A stretch of 64,000 nt of DNA from Elusimicrobiota bacterium (GCA_044221725.1 JBGAON010000003.1:416001-480000), one strand, 5' to 3'; positions 47,539-58,205 are shown, numbered from the stretch's first letter. A program made the numbers and translations. Notes: generated by a model not told the origin, from the letters alone.

Positions 47539-47970
47539 TTAAGCGGCTGAGGCGGTGAGGATGGGACCGGCGGACACCAATAATTTCCGCCGCGGATCGA
47601 CACGAAGATTCATGCCTTCCATCGTGTGCGCGCCGAAGATCTGCAGATCCCCCTTTTGGGCAAACACCACTTCTTCTATGGTCTCAATATCGCCCAAATG
47701 CAAGACCACATAGCCAACGTAACGCTTTAAGATGCTTCCATTGGCCATAACAAATGAGAGAGGTTTCTCTTTCCTCACGGCGCCAATACTTTCGAGAATT
47801 TCTTCTGAGATCCAAGTTGATTCGGCGCCGGTGTCGACCAGCATATTTTCGACGAGCGCCTTTCTTTCGGAGTGTCTGTAATTTTCAACGATGCAACTTG
47901 TGTAGAACGTACCCACTGTGTTTCCTTCCTTTAGTCGGAGAGGTTGACTTTTTTCCATGGGAGAGGTCAT
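47539..47970 (-). CDS. Clan AA (retropepsin-like) aspartic protease
   Basis: LVDTGA motif; C-terminal IFGAHTMEGMNLRVDP. Confidence 0.8.
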   Translation of the reverse strand: MTSPMEKSQPLRLKEGNTVGTFYTSCIVENYRHSERKALVENMLVDTGAESTWISEEILESIGAVRKEKPLSFVMANGSILKRYVGYVVLHLGDIETIEEVVFAQKGDLQIFGAHTMEGMNLRVDPRRKLLVSAGPILTASAA

Positions 47971-48011
47971 AACGCGCGAAATATTACCACAGCGGTCAAC
48001 AGCACCATGAT

Positions 48012-49310
48012 TTATTCACCGGCGATGGTGAGATTCGCGAAAAGGATTCCTTGAGGAACGAGCGCACGTTCGCGTTGGGTGCGTTCTTTGGATAGCGTGC
48101 ATTCCAAAAGATTTCTTTGCAAAACGCCGGACACCGAACCGCCTTTAATGGGACGCACACCTTTGTTCGAAATTTCGTAACCGGCGCGAATTTCGGCGCT
48201 AAACGCACCGGTAATCGCGTTCGGTTCGAACGCAGAGAACGCTTGCAGATGATAAATCGGCTTTCCTTCTCCGATCTCGGGGTCGAGCAACGTTTGAAAC
48301 GGTGTACTCCCGCTTTCCACTTCGGTGTTCCCCAACTCTCCGGTGACCGGCACTTTCAAATAATCGGAGTAGCGTTGATCGGACAAGTAAGCTTCGAGTT
48401 TGTTCCTATTTATTAGGCGCACGCGGTTCGTCGGTGTGCCGTAGGAATCGAACGCGCTCGAACCGACGGCGCGGTCAATCACACCGTTGGACCACAGCGT
48501 GATGGAATCTCCTTTGATGGGTCCGTCTTCGACAACGCTTTGCCCGAGGTCGCTTTGCATCATCTTGTTGTATTTGAGTCTCGCGCTCGCACGCGCGATG
48601 AGCGGATTAAAAAGTCCATCGAGTGGTTCGTCGGATAGAACAACAGGAAACGTTCCGGTCTTGGGAAGCGCGGCGGCTGTCGCGTCGCGCGCGAACCGCG
48701 CACTTTGAGTAACTTCTCGCTCCAAATCAAAATCCTCGAGGAAGCGGCGCTTGTAACGGTTGATGTATTCGTTTTCTTTTGTGCCCGTGCGCGCGAGCAA
48801 AATAAATTCGGTTTCGAGCAGTGTTTCGTTTTGCGAAACGTCGAGCCCTTTGTGATTTACGAGGCGTGTTTCGATTTGATCAATAAAAAACTCTGCGGAT
48901 GAAAGCCGAATGCCTTTTTCTTTTGCGATGGCCGCAAGCAATTTTTCTTCGCACTGTTTTGGGGTCGCCGCGTCGATGTTTTCATCGCGCAACAAAACGT
49001 TGGGCAATTGTTTTGGACTTTCTGGAAGCTCAAACGGCTCGTTGTTCACGAGTTCGGCTGCGAAAACCGCTTGCTCAAATTCTTTATCGAAGTTTGCGAG
49101 ATTGGCGGGTGTGATTTTGAACGAGGACATGCCAAGCTTGCCCACGGCGTTCTTCTTGTAGATTGAAATCAAGCAGGCTTCCGTTTCCACGAGCCGCCGA
49201 CATTCCGTTGTGCCTTTAGCAAGAAACGATTGATGAGACTGCTTACGCGCCCACCGAATCTGCCAGCTCAAGTTCGAATTTTTAAATTTGTCCGCGATTT
49301 TTTGAATCAT
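48012..49310 (-). CDS. TldE/PmbA-family protein
   Basis: FDSYGTP, NAITGAFS, PIKGGSVSG; lacks HExxH; coupled to tldD. Confidence 0.85.
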   Translation of the reverse strand: MIQKIADKFKNSNLSWQIRWARKQSHQSFLAKGTTECRRLVETEACLISIYKKNAVGKLGMSSFKITPANLANFDKEFEQAVFAAELVNNEPFELPESPKQLPNVLLRDENIDAATPKQCEEKLLAAIAKEKGIRLSSAEFFIDQIETRLVNHKGLDVSQNETLLETEFILLARTGTKENEYINRYKRRFLEDFDLEREVTQSARFARDATAAALPKTGTFPVVLSDEPLDGLFNPLIARASARLKYNKMMQSDLGQSVVEDGPIKGDSITLWSNGVIDRAVGSSAFDSYGTPTNRVRLINRNKLEAYLSDQRYSDYLKVPVTGELGNTEVESGSTPFQTLLDPEIGEGKPIYHLQAFSAFEPNAITGAFSAEIRAGYEISNKGVRPIKGGSVSGVLQRNLLECTLSKERTQRERALVPQGILFANLTIAGE

Positions 49311-50683
49311 GCCAAGCGCGCTTTCATTCTGAGGTGCGGTCCACCTGTCGTGTTCTTTACCCACTCTTTGTGGCCTTTGCCGCACATGCCAAGCCCTGAA
49401 ATCCAGCGGTCATTTCCCACCATCGAAATGGATTTCAAAAGATCCGGCACGAAACCCGTCATAATGACCGGCGAATAAACTTTTCCGGTGAGTTTTCCTT
49501 TTTTAATTTCTTCGGCCCACAAGCCTTCCACTTGAATTCCCCACGCTTGTGGATCTTCCATTCCGTTCGTCGCGTGCCGCAAATAAAGTCCATTCTCGAT
49601 CGAGGCGATCATTTCTTGGGGTGAATTTTTCCCGTTGTCGAAAAAAGTGTTCGTCATGCGCGCGTACGCCTTGCGCGCAAAGCTTTCGCGGCGGCCGTTG
49701 GCGGAACGAACAAGCCTAAGTGCTCGCGCGGAGGCAAGATCGGTGAGTCCGCGTTGAAGAATGCCATTCTTAATAATGTGCGTGCGCGTGCTCGGTTGAC
49801 CCTCGTCGTCGAAATAAAATCCACCGGCTTCTTCAATAAGCGACGGGTCATCAAACATGTTCACGATCGGCGACGCGACTTGCTTGCCGATGTAATGCTG
49901 ACTCAGCGCGCGCTCGCGCACATAAAGGTCCGTTTCCATTCCGTGTCCGAAGCATTCGTGCGCGATGATTCCCGACCAATCGGGATCGGTGACCGTGTCG
50001 TAAAGTCCGGGCGTGAGGCGCTCCGCTTTTGCGAGAACGGCCGCGTCCGCGACCATGCGTTTAATCTCTTCATCGGTGATGACCGCTTTCTCGAGGCCGC
50101 CATTTTTCGAAACGCCGCCGTGCACATCGGCCATTTTTCCGTCGACAGCCACAAACGTTACAAGAATCGCGTCGACGCGCGTGATGTGTTGCGACATGCG
50201 CTTCGCGCGGTTCACAAAAATATCTTCACTGGTCGTGTCGCCGAGAATCGACACGGCGTTTGCCACGCGCGGGTCAACGCCCAGCGCTTTGTTCATTCGG
50301 TCGCGCGCCAGTTCGAGTTTTTCTTTGGCAGAAACCGTGGTTGGATCTTTCTCGACCGGTGAACGAAAATCTTTATCGATCGATGCGCCAGCGTCGACAT
50401 CGGAGACGGGCACCTTTTTGTCCAATTCTTTAACGCAGGATTTTGCGAGATCGGTCAGCGTGGATTTGAGCGTGGACCATTCCCATTTGTTTGTCGCGTA
50501 CTCAAAAAAGTTCTGACCGTTCCAAAGCGTGACGGTCAAGCCTTCGGCGGGATCTTCGGGCTCCACGTTCTCCTGAACACGATTCACATTTACGCGCAAC
50601 CCCGATTTCTTCTTGTACAGCGCCGCCGCGTAAGGAACCGTTTTCTCAAGATGGGCAACGAGATCAGAAAGTTCGTCTTTCAC
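49307..50683 (-). CDS. tldD: TldD metalloprotease
   Basis: HECFGHGME, FDDEG, RMTNT, CGKG. Confidence 0.92.
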   Translation of the reverse strand: MKDELSDLVAHLEKTVPYAAALYKKKSGLRVNVNRVQENVEPEDPAEGLTVTLWNGQNFFEYATNKWEWSTLKSTLTDLAKSCVKELDKKVPVSDVDAGASIDKDFRSPVEKDPTTVSAKEKLELARDRMNKALGVDPRVANAVSILGDTTSEDIFVNRAKRMSQHITRVDAILVTFVAVDGKMADVHGGVSKNGGLEKAVITDEEIKRMVADAAVLAKAERLTPGLYDTVTDPDWSGIIAHECFGHGMETDLYVRERALSQHYIGKQVASPIVNMFDDPSLIEEAGGFYFDDEGQPSTRTHIIKNGILQRGLTDLASARALRLVRSANGRRESFARKAYARMTNTFFDNGKNSPQEMIASIENGLYLRHATNGMEDPQAWGIQVEGLWAEEIKKGKLTGKVYSPVIMTGFVPDLLKSISMVGNDRWISGLGMCGKGHKEWVKNTTGGPHLRMKARLA

Positions 50684-50700
50684 AATGCCGTCATCCCTTC

Positions 50701-50758
50701 TGGGCCCCGGCTTATGCTGTTTCGGGTCAATTGCACCATTCGACGGACCGGGGCGACG
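50701..50758 (-). repeat. CGTC-type REP-like palindrome with a long loop
   Basis: TGG-GCCCCGG..CCGGGGC-GACG. Confidence 0.5.
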
Positions 50759-50765
50759 AAGTTTT

Positions 50766-51755
50766 TCATCGTCCTAATCCCATTAGCTTTTTGAGTTCTG
50801 CCATCCTCGGCCGAGCAATCGCGCTGGCTTTCTCCGCGCCTTCCGTGAGAATCCGCTGAAGCTGCGCTGGGTCCGACGTAAATTCCTGAATTCGCTTTTG
50901 CATCGGCGCCAAGCCCTCAACCACCACTTCGGCCAAATCTTTTTTGAAATCGCCGTAGCCTTTGCCGGCGTATTTGCTGACCACGTCTTCAACCGGAATG
51001 TTCGCGAGTGATGCGTAAATCGTCACGAGATTGGACACCGCCGGCCGTTTCTGTTCATCGAATTCAATCGTCGTTCCCGAATCTGTTACGGCCTTTTTGA
51101 TTTTTTTACGAATCGTGTCCGCTGAATCCGCCAGTGAAATGTAATTGTATTCGCTCGATGCGGACTTGCTCATCTTTGCGTTCGGATCATCCAATCCCAT
51201 CACGCGCGCGCCTTTTTTGCCAATGAACGCGTTTGGCACGACGACCCAGTTGGCCACATCTTTTTCGAGGCGTCGTGCAATGAGTCTCGCCAATTCCAAA
51301 TGTTGCCGTTGATCGTCGCCGACCGGCACCGAATGCGTGCCGTACAGCAAAATGTCGGCCGCCATGAGCACCGGATACGTGAAAAGTCCGGCCGATGTTC
51401 CTTCCCCGCGCACCGTGGACTTGTCTTTGAACTGCGTCATGCGCGTCAGTTCCCCATAGTACACAACGCAATTCAGCAGCCAGGCCAGTTCCGCGTGTTC
51501 GGGAACGTCCGATTGCACAAACAAAATTGATTTTTTCGGGTCCACTCCGGCGGCGAGCGTGGTGGCGGTGGTGAACAGGATGCGGTCGCGCAAATCCTTT
51601 GGATCTTGAGGGACCGTGATCGCGTGCAAATCGACGATGCAGTAAATGCATTCGTATTGATCTTGCATGAGGGCCCAATTTTGCAGCGCACCAATATAGT
51701 TTCCGATGTGCACGATGCCCGAAGGTTGAATGCCGGAGAAAACGCGTTTTTTCAT
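50766..51755 (-). CDS. trpS: Tryptophan-tRNA ligase
   Basis: SGIQPSG, HIGN, YPVLMAADIL, VPVGDDQ, KMSKS. Confidence 0.97.
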   Translation of the reverse strand: MKKRVFSGIQPSGIVHIGNYIGALQNWALMQDQYECIYCIVDLHAITVPQDPKDLRDRILFTTATTLAAGVDPKKSILFVQSDVPEHAELAWLLNCVVYYGELTRMTQFKDKSTVRGEGTSAGLFTYPVLMAADILLYGTHSVPVGDDQRQHLELARLIARRLEKDVANWVVVPNAFIGKKGARVMGLDDPNAKMSKSASSEYNYISLADSADTIRKKIKKAVTDSGTTIEFDEQKRPAVSNLVTIYASLANIPVEDVVSKYAGKGYGDFKKDLAEVVVEGLAPMQKRIQEFTSDPAQLQRILTEGAEKASAIARPRMAELKKLMGLGR

Positions 51756-51799
51756 GATAGGGAGAGCAACTTAAGAAATTTGTATAAATTACGCCAACG

Positions 51800-51830
51800 T
51801 GGCCCCGGCAAGCTTCTGGCCGGGATGACG
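51800..51830 (-). repeat. CGTC-type REP
   Basis: TGGCCCCGGC-aagcttctg-GCCGGGAT-GACG. Confidence 0.6.
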
Positions 51831-51844
51831 TATCGGAGGTCAAA

Positions 51845-52207
51845 ATGCAAGTTTTCATTCGGGGACATGAGACAACAGTACTCGCTCGTTGGCGCGATCA
51901 TATTTATGATCGCCTCGCGAAACTTGATTCGTTTGAAGACCGAATCATTCGACTGGAATATTTTTTAACAACAAGCCATCACCACAACAAGGGTGCGGAA
52001 ATGTGCCACATCATTGCAAAAGTTCCGCGCAAGACGATTGACGTTAAAAAAACCGCGGAAACGATGATGGAGGCAATTGATGCGGCCTCCAAGGTGCTCG
52101 AAGAACAAATTCGCAAGCTCTACAAAGACATTCGGGATCGCCACCGCCGCACCCGCGAACGCCGCCAAGTGATGGCCGGGATTGAAACCTTCGCTACCGG
52201 CCGCTAG
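51845..52207 (+). CDS. HPF/RaiA-family ribosome-associated protein
   Basis: MQVFIRGH..MMEAIDAASKVLEEQIRK; GGAGG RBS. Confidence 0.8.
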   Translation: MQVFIRGHETTVLARWRDHIYDRLAKLDSFEDRIIRLEYFLTTSHHHNKGAEMCHIIAKVPRKTIDVKKTAETMMEAIDAASKVLEEQIRKLYKDIRDRHRRTRERRQVMAGIETFATGR

Positions 52208-52853
52208 CGAATCGTAAAAATTCGCTTCGGAAGAATTTGTTTTTGAACAAGCCGCCCGTCAGATGAAGCGGTGTCATCGGCGCGAGCTTGAGTCGCATCC
52301 GCACATCTTTCATTAGGTAGTTTAAGTGAAGGAACGCTTCTTGCACGATGCGGCGCTCAAACGATTTTGGTTTCCGCTCAGCGATTCGCAGCACTTTTTT
52401 CGCTAATCCCGCAATCTTCGCCACCGCATCCGGCCCAGTGACGTAAGCACGAATTTCTTTCAGATCGGCGCCCATTTCGTTGCGCATGCGAAGGTATTCG
52501 CGGCCGATCCAAAACGCGGAGCCGTCGTCTCCCACCAAAGGCCCCAAGCCTCCCGAGCGCGCCGATTGTCCTTTGTTGTTTCGGCCAAACGCAATTGAGC
52601 CCGTGCCCGCATTCAACACAATTCCCATACCCGTTCCGAACGATAGGTGGTGGGCAAGCTCGATATCCGATAAAACGACGACGCGCGGTGCAATCCCGCT
52701 CAGTTTTTTCTTCCATTTCGCTTTTTCGGCCGACGTCCACACGCCGCGCATTCCAACCACAAGCTCCGATACCTTTCCGCGGCCTTTCGACCAAATCCGG
52801 GTGTTGGTGCCACCGACGTCGGCATAAATAGTTGCTTTATGTTTACTCTCCAT
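52194..52853 (-). CDS. BadF/BadG/BcrA/BcrD-family sugar (GlcNAc/MurNAc) kinase, unusually short
   Basis: DVGGTNT, LSD, AGTGS, GGLGPLVGDDGSAFWIG, LTGG. Confidence 0.75.
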   Translation of the reverse strand: MESKHKATIYADVGGTNTRIWSKGRGKVSELVVGMRGVWTSAEKAKWKKKLSGIAPRVVVLSDIELAHHLSFGTGMGIVLNAGTGSIAFGRNNKGQSARSGGLGPLVGDDGSAFWIGREYLRMRNEMGADLKEIRAYVTGPDAVAKIAGLAKKVLRIAERKPKSFERRIVQEAFLHLNYLMKDVRMRLKLAPMTPLHLTGGLFKNKFFRSEFLRFASGR

Positions 52854-54369
52854 AGATTTTATTGACCAAGGCTTCGATCTGGCACTTCCGCCAGCCGAAT
52901 GCGGTTAGGCCGACGTCTTTCGGTCGCAAGAATGTTCGGTCGTATGGGTCGCGAAGCAACGCAACCACGAGTTTCCGGGCCGTGCGTTGCAGCATCGCGA
53001 AGAGTTGCTGTTGGCGGGGGTGCAGATGGGCGTCGTAACAGAAGAACAACGTGACGGTCGATTTTCGGGCCAAGTTGGCGCAGTTCTCGATATCTTCGTC
53101 GGTTGGGTCGATCCCGTACACTTCGGTCACGTGTTTCTCGGGAAGGTGCCCCAAAATGCTATGAAAAAAACCAATTTCATCTTCAAATTCTTTCTCAATC
53201 ATTATTTTTTGCGAAAAGCTCGAGAGTTGCGGAAAAACAATTCCGACGTCTTCGCGCAGCGCGTCGGACAGCGGGAGCACGTGTTCTTTGTCTTGAATGA
53301 CCTCAACGGCCTCGGTCGCGACTTTCAGTGCGAGCGGCGCACCAACAGCAGTGGGCGCCGGTGTCCCCTCGAATCGCTGCGCGTGCTTGGCCTTTAGTTT
53401 GTTGATGCGGTCCACGCTTTCTTCCAGCTCATTAATAGGAAGGAGCTTTCCTTTGTAGGCCTCCAGAAGCCCCCGGAAAACCCGGGTTTGGCTGTCCAAA
53501 TCATGGCACGCGAGCACCAAATCGTGGCCGGCGGCAACCGTTTTGACGGCCGCGACATCGATTCCGATGGTTTCCTTGATCGCCCCCATCTCCAAGTCAT
53601 CGCTGGCGATTACGCCTTTAAACCCCAGTTCGTCGCGCAAACAGTCGGTCATGATCCGGCGAGAAAATGTTGCAAGGTTCGCTGGGTTCGGATCGAGCCG
53701 CGGATATTTCGGGTGAGACGACATAATCACCTCAACGCCCACCTCAATCGCTTTGATGAACGGTTGGAGATGCACTTGCTTCATTTCTTCCCACGTTGAA
53801 TTCAGTGTGGGAAGCTTTAAGTGCGCATCGATGCCCGCTTGTCCGCAGCCCGGGAAATGTTTTGCGGTGGCCGCCACGCCCCCCGCCTGCAGGGCTTTGA
53901 TATACGCCGCGCCCATCTCCGACACCAATTTCCAATCTTCGCCATACGAACGAATACCAATGTTTGGCGAATATTGGCCGCCCAACACATCGAGCACCGG
54001 CGCAAAGTTGATATCGGTACCGAGCGCGCGCAGTTCTTTGGCCGTTATCTTGGCGGCCTCGGTTACGTATTCAATTTTTCCAGCGCGACCGAACGCAAGA
54101 TTATCCGGAAAAATGCTGACGCCATCGCGGTACATGACGACACGGCCGCCTTCGTGGTCAACGCAAACCAGCAACTTTCGGCCAAGAGCGTTCTCTAAAT
54201 CGGAAATGAATTTGCGGATTTGGGTGGGCGATTCAAAATTGATGCGGTAAAAAATAATGCCACCGGCGTGCGTGGCTTTGAAATGTTGAACAATCTCCGG
54301 CGTTACTTTTGTGCCAGGAACACCGATGACCAGTTTCGAGCCAATAAGATTTTCTAACTGCTGTGGCAT
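52843..54369 (-). CDS. nagZ: GH3 beta-N-acetylhexosaminidase
   Basis: DHEGGRV, FAPVLD, KHFPGCG..DAH, SDDLEM. Confidence 0.92.
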   Translation of the reverse strand: MPQQLENLIGSKLVIGVPGTKVTPEIVQHFKATHAGGIIFYRINFESPTQIRKFISDLENALGRKLLVCVDHEGGRVVMYRDGVSIFPDNLAFGRAGKIEYVTEAAKITAKELRALGTDINFAPVLDVLGGQYSPNIGIRSYGEDWKLVSEMGAAYIKALQAGGVAATAKHFPGCGQAGIDAHLKLPTLNSTWEEMKQVHLQPFIKAIEVGVEVIMSSHPKYPRLDPNPANLATFSRRIMTDCLRDELGFKGVIASDDLEMGAIKETIGIDVAAVKTVAAGHDLVLACHDLDSQTRVFRGLLEAYKGKLLPINELEESVDRINKLKAKHAQRFEGTPAPTAVGAPLALKVATEAVEVIQDKEHVLPLSDALREDVGIVFPQLSSFSQKIMIEKEFEDEIGFFHSILGHLPEKHVTEVYGIDPTDEDIENCANLARKSTVTLFFCYDAHLHPRQQQLFAMLQRTARKLVVALLRDPYDRTFLRPKDVGLTAFGWRKCQIEALVNKIYGE

Positions 54370-54499
54370 GGCGCCAAATTTATCAAATCATGCTCGCGCT
54401 GGCGCGGCGAGCGCGGCGCGAACGGCGAACCTGGGATTCGCTTTGTTGGGTGGACTTAAGCCGTTGCAAATCAGTTGTAAACATGGTTATCTTTCCGCC

Positions 54500-55396
54500 G
54501 TGACAGCGCGCACCAATTTCGCTCAATTACCGACCGAAGCCAACAACGCTCGTTCCCGCCATATTGATCGCGTCTCCATTCAGAAAGCGCTGCGGCTCAT
54601 CAACCAAGAAGACGCGTCGGTCGCTGGTGCCGTTCGCGAACAGATCCCCAACATTTCGAAAGCCGTGGTTGCGATTGTGTTTGCGCTTAAAGGAAAAGGT
54701 CGCGTTTATTTCGTCGGAGCAGGAACAAGCGGTCGCTTGGGTGTTCTGGAAGCCGCCGAATGTCCCCCCACTTTCAACACGACGCCATCGATGATTCAGG
54801 CCTTTATGGCCGGCGGAAAATCGTCGGTGTTCCGGTCGAAAGAAGGCGCCGAGGATCGCGGCGCCGACGGCGCGCGCATCGTGAAGTCGCGTGTGCGCGA
54901 GCACGATGTTGTGATTGGAGTGGCCGCGAGCGGTGTAACGCCGTTCGTTCGCGAAGCGCTCGTGGCCGCAAAGAAAAGGGGCGCGGTCACGGTGCTCGTC
55001 ACGTGCCATTCCGGAAAATTGGATTCACCGGCGCAGCACACGATTGCGGTCAAAACAGGTCCGGAAGTGATTGCCGGTTCGACGCGGCTCAAAGCGGGCA
55101 CGGCCACCAAAATGGTTTTGAACATGATGACGGTGGCGGCCATGGTTCAACTTGGAAAAGTTTTCGGAAATCGCATGGTGGATCTGCAACCGCGCTCGGC
55201 CAAACTCCGCGCGCGCGCGATTCGGCTCATCAAGGAACTCGCGGGCGTCTCCCCCGCGCGCGCGGCGCAATTGCTTAAACTTTCCGGTGGAAACGCTAAG
55301 ACGGCCATCGTGATGGCCAGAAAAAAAGTATCGAGAAAAGAAGCAATCGAAGTCCTCGAAAACAACGGCGGCCAACTGCATGCGGCATTGGAATAG
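54500..55396 (+). CDS. murQ: N-acetylmuramic acid 6-phosphate etherase
   Basis: GAGTSGRLG..ECPPTF, EGAED, GPEVIAGSTRLKAGTATK. Confidence 0.96.
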   Translation: MTARTNFAQLPTEANNARSRHIDRVSIQKALRLINQEDASVAGAVREQIPNISKAVVAIVFALKGKGRVYFVGAGTSGRLGVLEAAECPPTFNTTPSMIQAFMAGGKSSVFRSKEGAEDRGADGARIVKSRVREHDVVIGVAASGVTPFVREALVAAKKRGAVTVLVTCHSGKLDSPAQHTIAVKTGPEVIAGSTRLKAGTATKMVLNMMTVAAMVQLGKVFGNRMVDLQPRSAKLRARAIRLIKELAGVSPARAAQLLKLSGGNAKTAIVMARKKVSRKEAIEVLENNGGQLHAALE

Positions 55397-55408
55397 CCGT
55401 GGCGAGAA

Positions 55409-55440
55409 TGGACCCTGGATAAAAGCATTCCAGGGTGACG
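55409..55440 (-). repeat. CGTC-type REP
   Basis: TGG-ACCCTGGA-taaaagcat-TCCAGGGT-GACG. Confidence 0.65.
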
Positions 55441-55441
55441 A

Positions 55442-56554
55442 ATGACGGGCCAATTAGCGCTTGGTTTGATGTCCGGCACGTCCGCCGACGGAGTTTCCGC
55501 GGCGCTCGGTCGGTTTCACGGGCATTCGTTCGAATACATTGACGATCTCACCGTTGATTACTCCCTCGAAGTTTTAAAAAAGATTCGCCAGCGTGGAGCG
55601 TTGTCCGTCGCCGACGCGTCGTTGTTGAACCGCGAATTGGGCGAAGTTTTTGCGCATGCCGCATTAAAGCTTCTCAAAAAAAATCAGATCAAGCCGGCGA
55701 ACGTCGCGTGCATCGGTTCGCACGGTCAAACCATTTATCACGGGCCGAACGATGCACTGAAGAACACGCTGCAATTGGCAGATCCGGCGGTGATCGCCGA
55801 GCGCACTGGCATTCCCGTGGTTTCAAATTTCCGCCAGCGCGATGTTGCGGTGGGCGGCGAAGGCGCTCCGCTCATTCCGTTCTTCGACAATTTCTTCTAT
55901 GGATCCGGCCCCGTGCGCGCGTTGCTCAATATTGGAGGCATCGCGAACGTCACCGTTGTTGGTCGCGGTGTCGATGCGCCGATCGCGTTTGATACCGGGC
56001 CCGGCAACTGTTTGATGGACATGGCCGTGCAGCACATCACGGACGGAAAAGATCATTTTGATCATCACGGCCAACGGGCCAAACACGGAACGATTGATAT
56101 GGCGGCCGTGAGCAAGATGATTGAGCATCCGTATTTTAAAAAGTCACCTCCGAAGTCCACCGGTCCGGAAATATTCGACAACGAATTTCTGAAAAAACAT
56201 TTTGGCGAAAAAATGAGAACGGCGCCGAACGATGTGCTCGCGACGTTGAACTATTTCACCTGCCTCACAATTCAAGAAAGTTTTCGCAATCATATTTTCG
56301 GTAGGTTTTCCGTGAACGATATTGTTGTTTCGGGTGGCGGCGTTCACAACAAGACGCTGATGAAAAAACTTGAATGCTTGTTTGCCCCGATTCCAGTGGT
56401 TTCAATCGAATCAGTGGGCCTTCCCGCGCAAGCAAAAGAACCGCTCGCGTTCGCGTTCTTTGGGCTGCGTTGCCTGCATCATCAAATCAATCATTTCCCG
56501 TCGGCGACGGGCGCAAAGGAGGCGCGGGTTCTTGGCTCTCTCACAAGACCGTAG
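55442..56554 (+). CDS. anmK: Anhydro-N-acetylmuramic acid kinase
   Basis: GLMSGTSADG, GSHGQT, GGEGAPL, NIGGIAN, FDTGPGN, PPKSTGPE. Confidence 0.96.
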   Translation: MTGQLALGLMSGTSADGVSAALGRFHGHSFEYIDDLTVDYSLEVLKKIRQRGALSVADASLLNRELGEVFAHAALKLLKKNQIKPANVACIGSHGQTIYHGPNDALKNTLQLADPAVIAERTGIPVVSNFRQRDVAVGGEGAPLIPFFDNFFYGSGPVRALLNIGGIANVTVVGRGVDAPIAFDTGPGNCLMDMAVQHITDGKDHFDHHGQRAKHGTIDMAAVSKMIEHPYFKKSPPKSTGPEIFDNEFLKKHFGEKMRTAPNDVLATLNYFTCLTIQESFRNHIFGRFSVNDIVVSGGGVHNKTLMKKLECLFAPIPVVSIESVGLPAQAKEPLAFAFFGLRCLHHQINHFPSATGAKEARVLGSLTRP

Positions 56555-56572
56555 ATCCGTCGGACGAATCTG

Positions 56573-58069
56573 ATGAACTGGTTCAGCGGTCCATCGAATC
56601 TCACGGCTCTCGACTACGGAGTTGTCTCGATTTCAATCGCCGTGTTGTTCGCAATCGGCTTTTGGGTCGGGCGCGAAGAGAATTCCACTCAGTCGTTTTT
56701 TCTCGGTAACCGAAAAATTCCGATGTGGGCAGCGTGTTTGTCGTTCGTCGCTACAGAGGTCAGCGCGGTCACCATCATTTCGGTTCCCGCCACCGCGTAC
56801 AAGGAAAATTGGCAGTACCTTCAGTTTTTTATCGGTTCGTTCGGCGCGCGTGTCATGCTGGCATTCTTTTTCATCCCGGCGTTTTACCGGTTTAACTGCA
56901 CAACCATTTATGAATTCCTGAAGCATCGCTTCGGTCCCGAGTCGCAGTACGCGGGCACCGTTTTCTTTTTTGTGACACGATTGTTCGGATCCGGTGTGCG
57001 ATTGACTGTGGCCGCGAAAGCGGTCTCAGTTCTTGTCGGATGGAATTTAATTCCGACGCTCATATTGTTTTCGATAATCTCAATGCTCTACATCAGTTGG
57101 GGCGGCATCAAGGCGGTCATTTGGACCGGCGTTTGGCAGGCGATTTCGTTTTTGCTGGGCGGTCTTGCGACCATTTGGTTCTTGTCGACGGTCATCGACG
57201 GCGGATTCTTCGGCATATTTCACGCGGCGAACGCCGCCGGCAAACTCGACATCATGAATTGGGGACCGAAAATATCGGATCCAAATTTTTTCAAAACAAT
57301 TTTTGGGGATCCCAATATTTGGTGGCTGGCCACCTTGAACGGTTTTTTTGGATCCATGGCCGCGTACGGAACCGATCACGAACTTATGCAGCGCTTGCTG
57401 ACCCTTGAAACGCGCGAGCAAAGTCAGAAGACCACGCTGTTCACGCCGCTCGCCGGACTTCTCGTGTTGCTGGTTCATTTGATTATTGGTGCGGGCTTGT
57501 TCGTTTTTTATCAGCAGCACGCGCAGGCGCCGCTGCCGGCGAAGCCCGACGACATTTTTCCCCACTTCGCGAATTTCGAGATGCCGAGTTTTTTGCGCGG
57601 GCTCGTGCTCGGCTCGGTGGTCATGGCGAGCATCGATTCGCCGCTCGGCTCGCTAACGGCATCGTTTGTGACGGACATCTACAAGCCGCTCGTGCGCAAA
57701 GACGCGAGCGATCAGCACTATCTGTGGGTGGCGCGCGTGATGGTTCTCGTTTTTGGAGTGGCGCTCGGGCTTCTCGCGTATTCGTTTAGTTTCTTGCACG
57801 GGTTTCTGTGGTGGGCGTTTAAAATTGGCGGTATCACGTTTGGATCGTTGCTCGGCGTGTTTTTGCTCGGCCTTTTCACAAAGGTGGCGAGCAATCGCGC
57901 GAATATTGTGGCGATGGTGACAATGGCAATCGTAAACGCGACGCTGCTTGTGCTCACCGAAAAAGGTGTGGTCACGGTTGGATGGACATGGCTCGTGATC
58001 CTCGGCACGTTTGGAACGATGGGAATTGCGGCGCTGCTCGCACCAGTGATGGATAGATCCGGTGAATAA
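56573..58069 (+). CDS. Sodium:solute symporter family protein
   Basis: FFLGNRKIPMW..SFVATE, GGIKAVIWT, DHELMQR; multiple TM helices. Confidence 0.9.
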   Translation: MNWFSGPSNLTALDYGVVSISIAVLFAIGFWVGREENSTQSFFLGNRKIPMWAACLSFVATEVSAVTIISVPATAYKENWQYLQFFIGSFGARVMLAFFFIPAFYRFNCTTIYEFLKHRFGPESQYAGTVFFFVTRLFGSGVRLTVAAKAVSVLVGWNLIPTLILFSIISMLYISWGGIKAVIWTGVWQAISFLLGGLATIWFLSTVIDGGFFGIFHAANAAGKLDIMNWGPKISDPNFFKTIFGDPNIWWLATLNGFFGSMAAYGTDHELMQRLLTLETREQSQKTTLFTPLAGLLVLLVHLIIGAGLFVFYQQHAQAPLPAKPDDIFPHFANFEMPSFLRGLVLGSVVMASIDSPLGSLTASFVTDIYKPLVRKDASDQHYLWVARVMVLVFGVALGLLAYSFSFLHGFLWWAFKIGGITFGSLLGVFLLGLFTKVASNRANIVAMVTMAIVNATLLVLTEKGVVTVGWTWLVILGTFGTMGIAALLAPVMDRSGE

Positions 58070-58076
58070 TCCACGC

Positions 58077-58205
58077 CGTCGCCCCGGCAATTTTTTGGCC
58101 GTCCCGTTCCACAATGATAGGGGTGTCGGTACGCACCTTTGGTACGGGGCGCAGGTGTTATTGGAGAGAACCTGGATCCCGGCCAAACGACTTGCCGGGA
58201 TGACG
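58077..58205. repeat. Inverted pair of CGTC-type REPs
   Basis: Degenerate CGTC-GCCCCGGC..GCCG at 58077; TGG-ATCCCGGC-n10-GCCGGGAT-GACG at 58173-58205. Confidence 0.6.
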
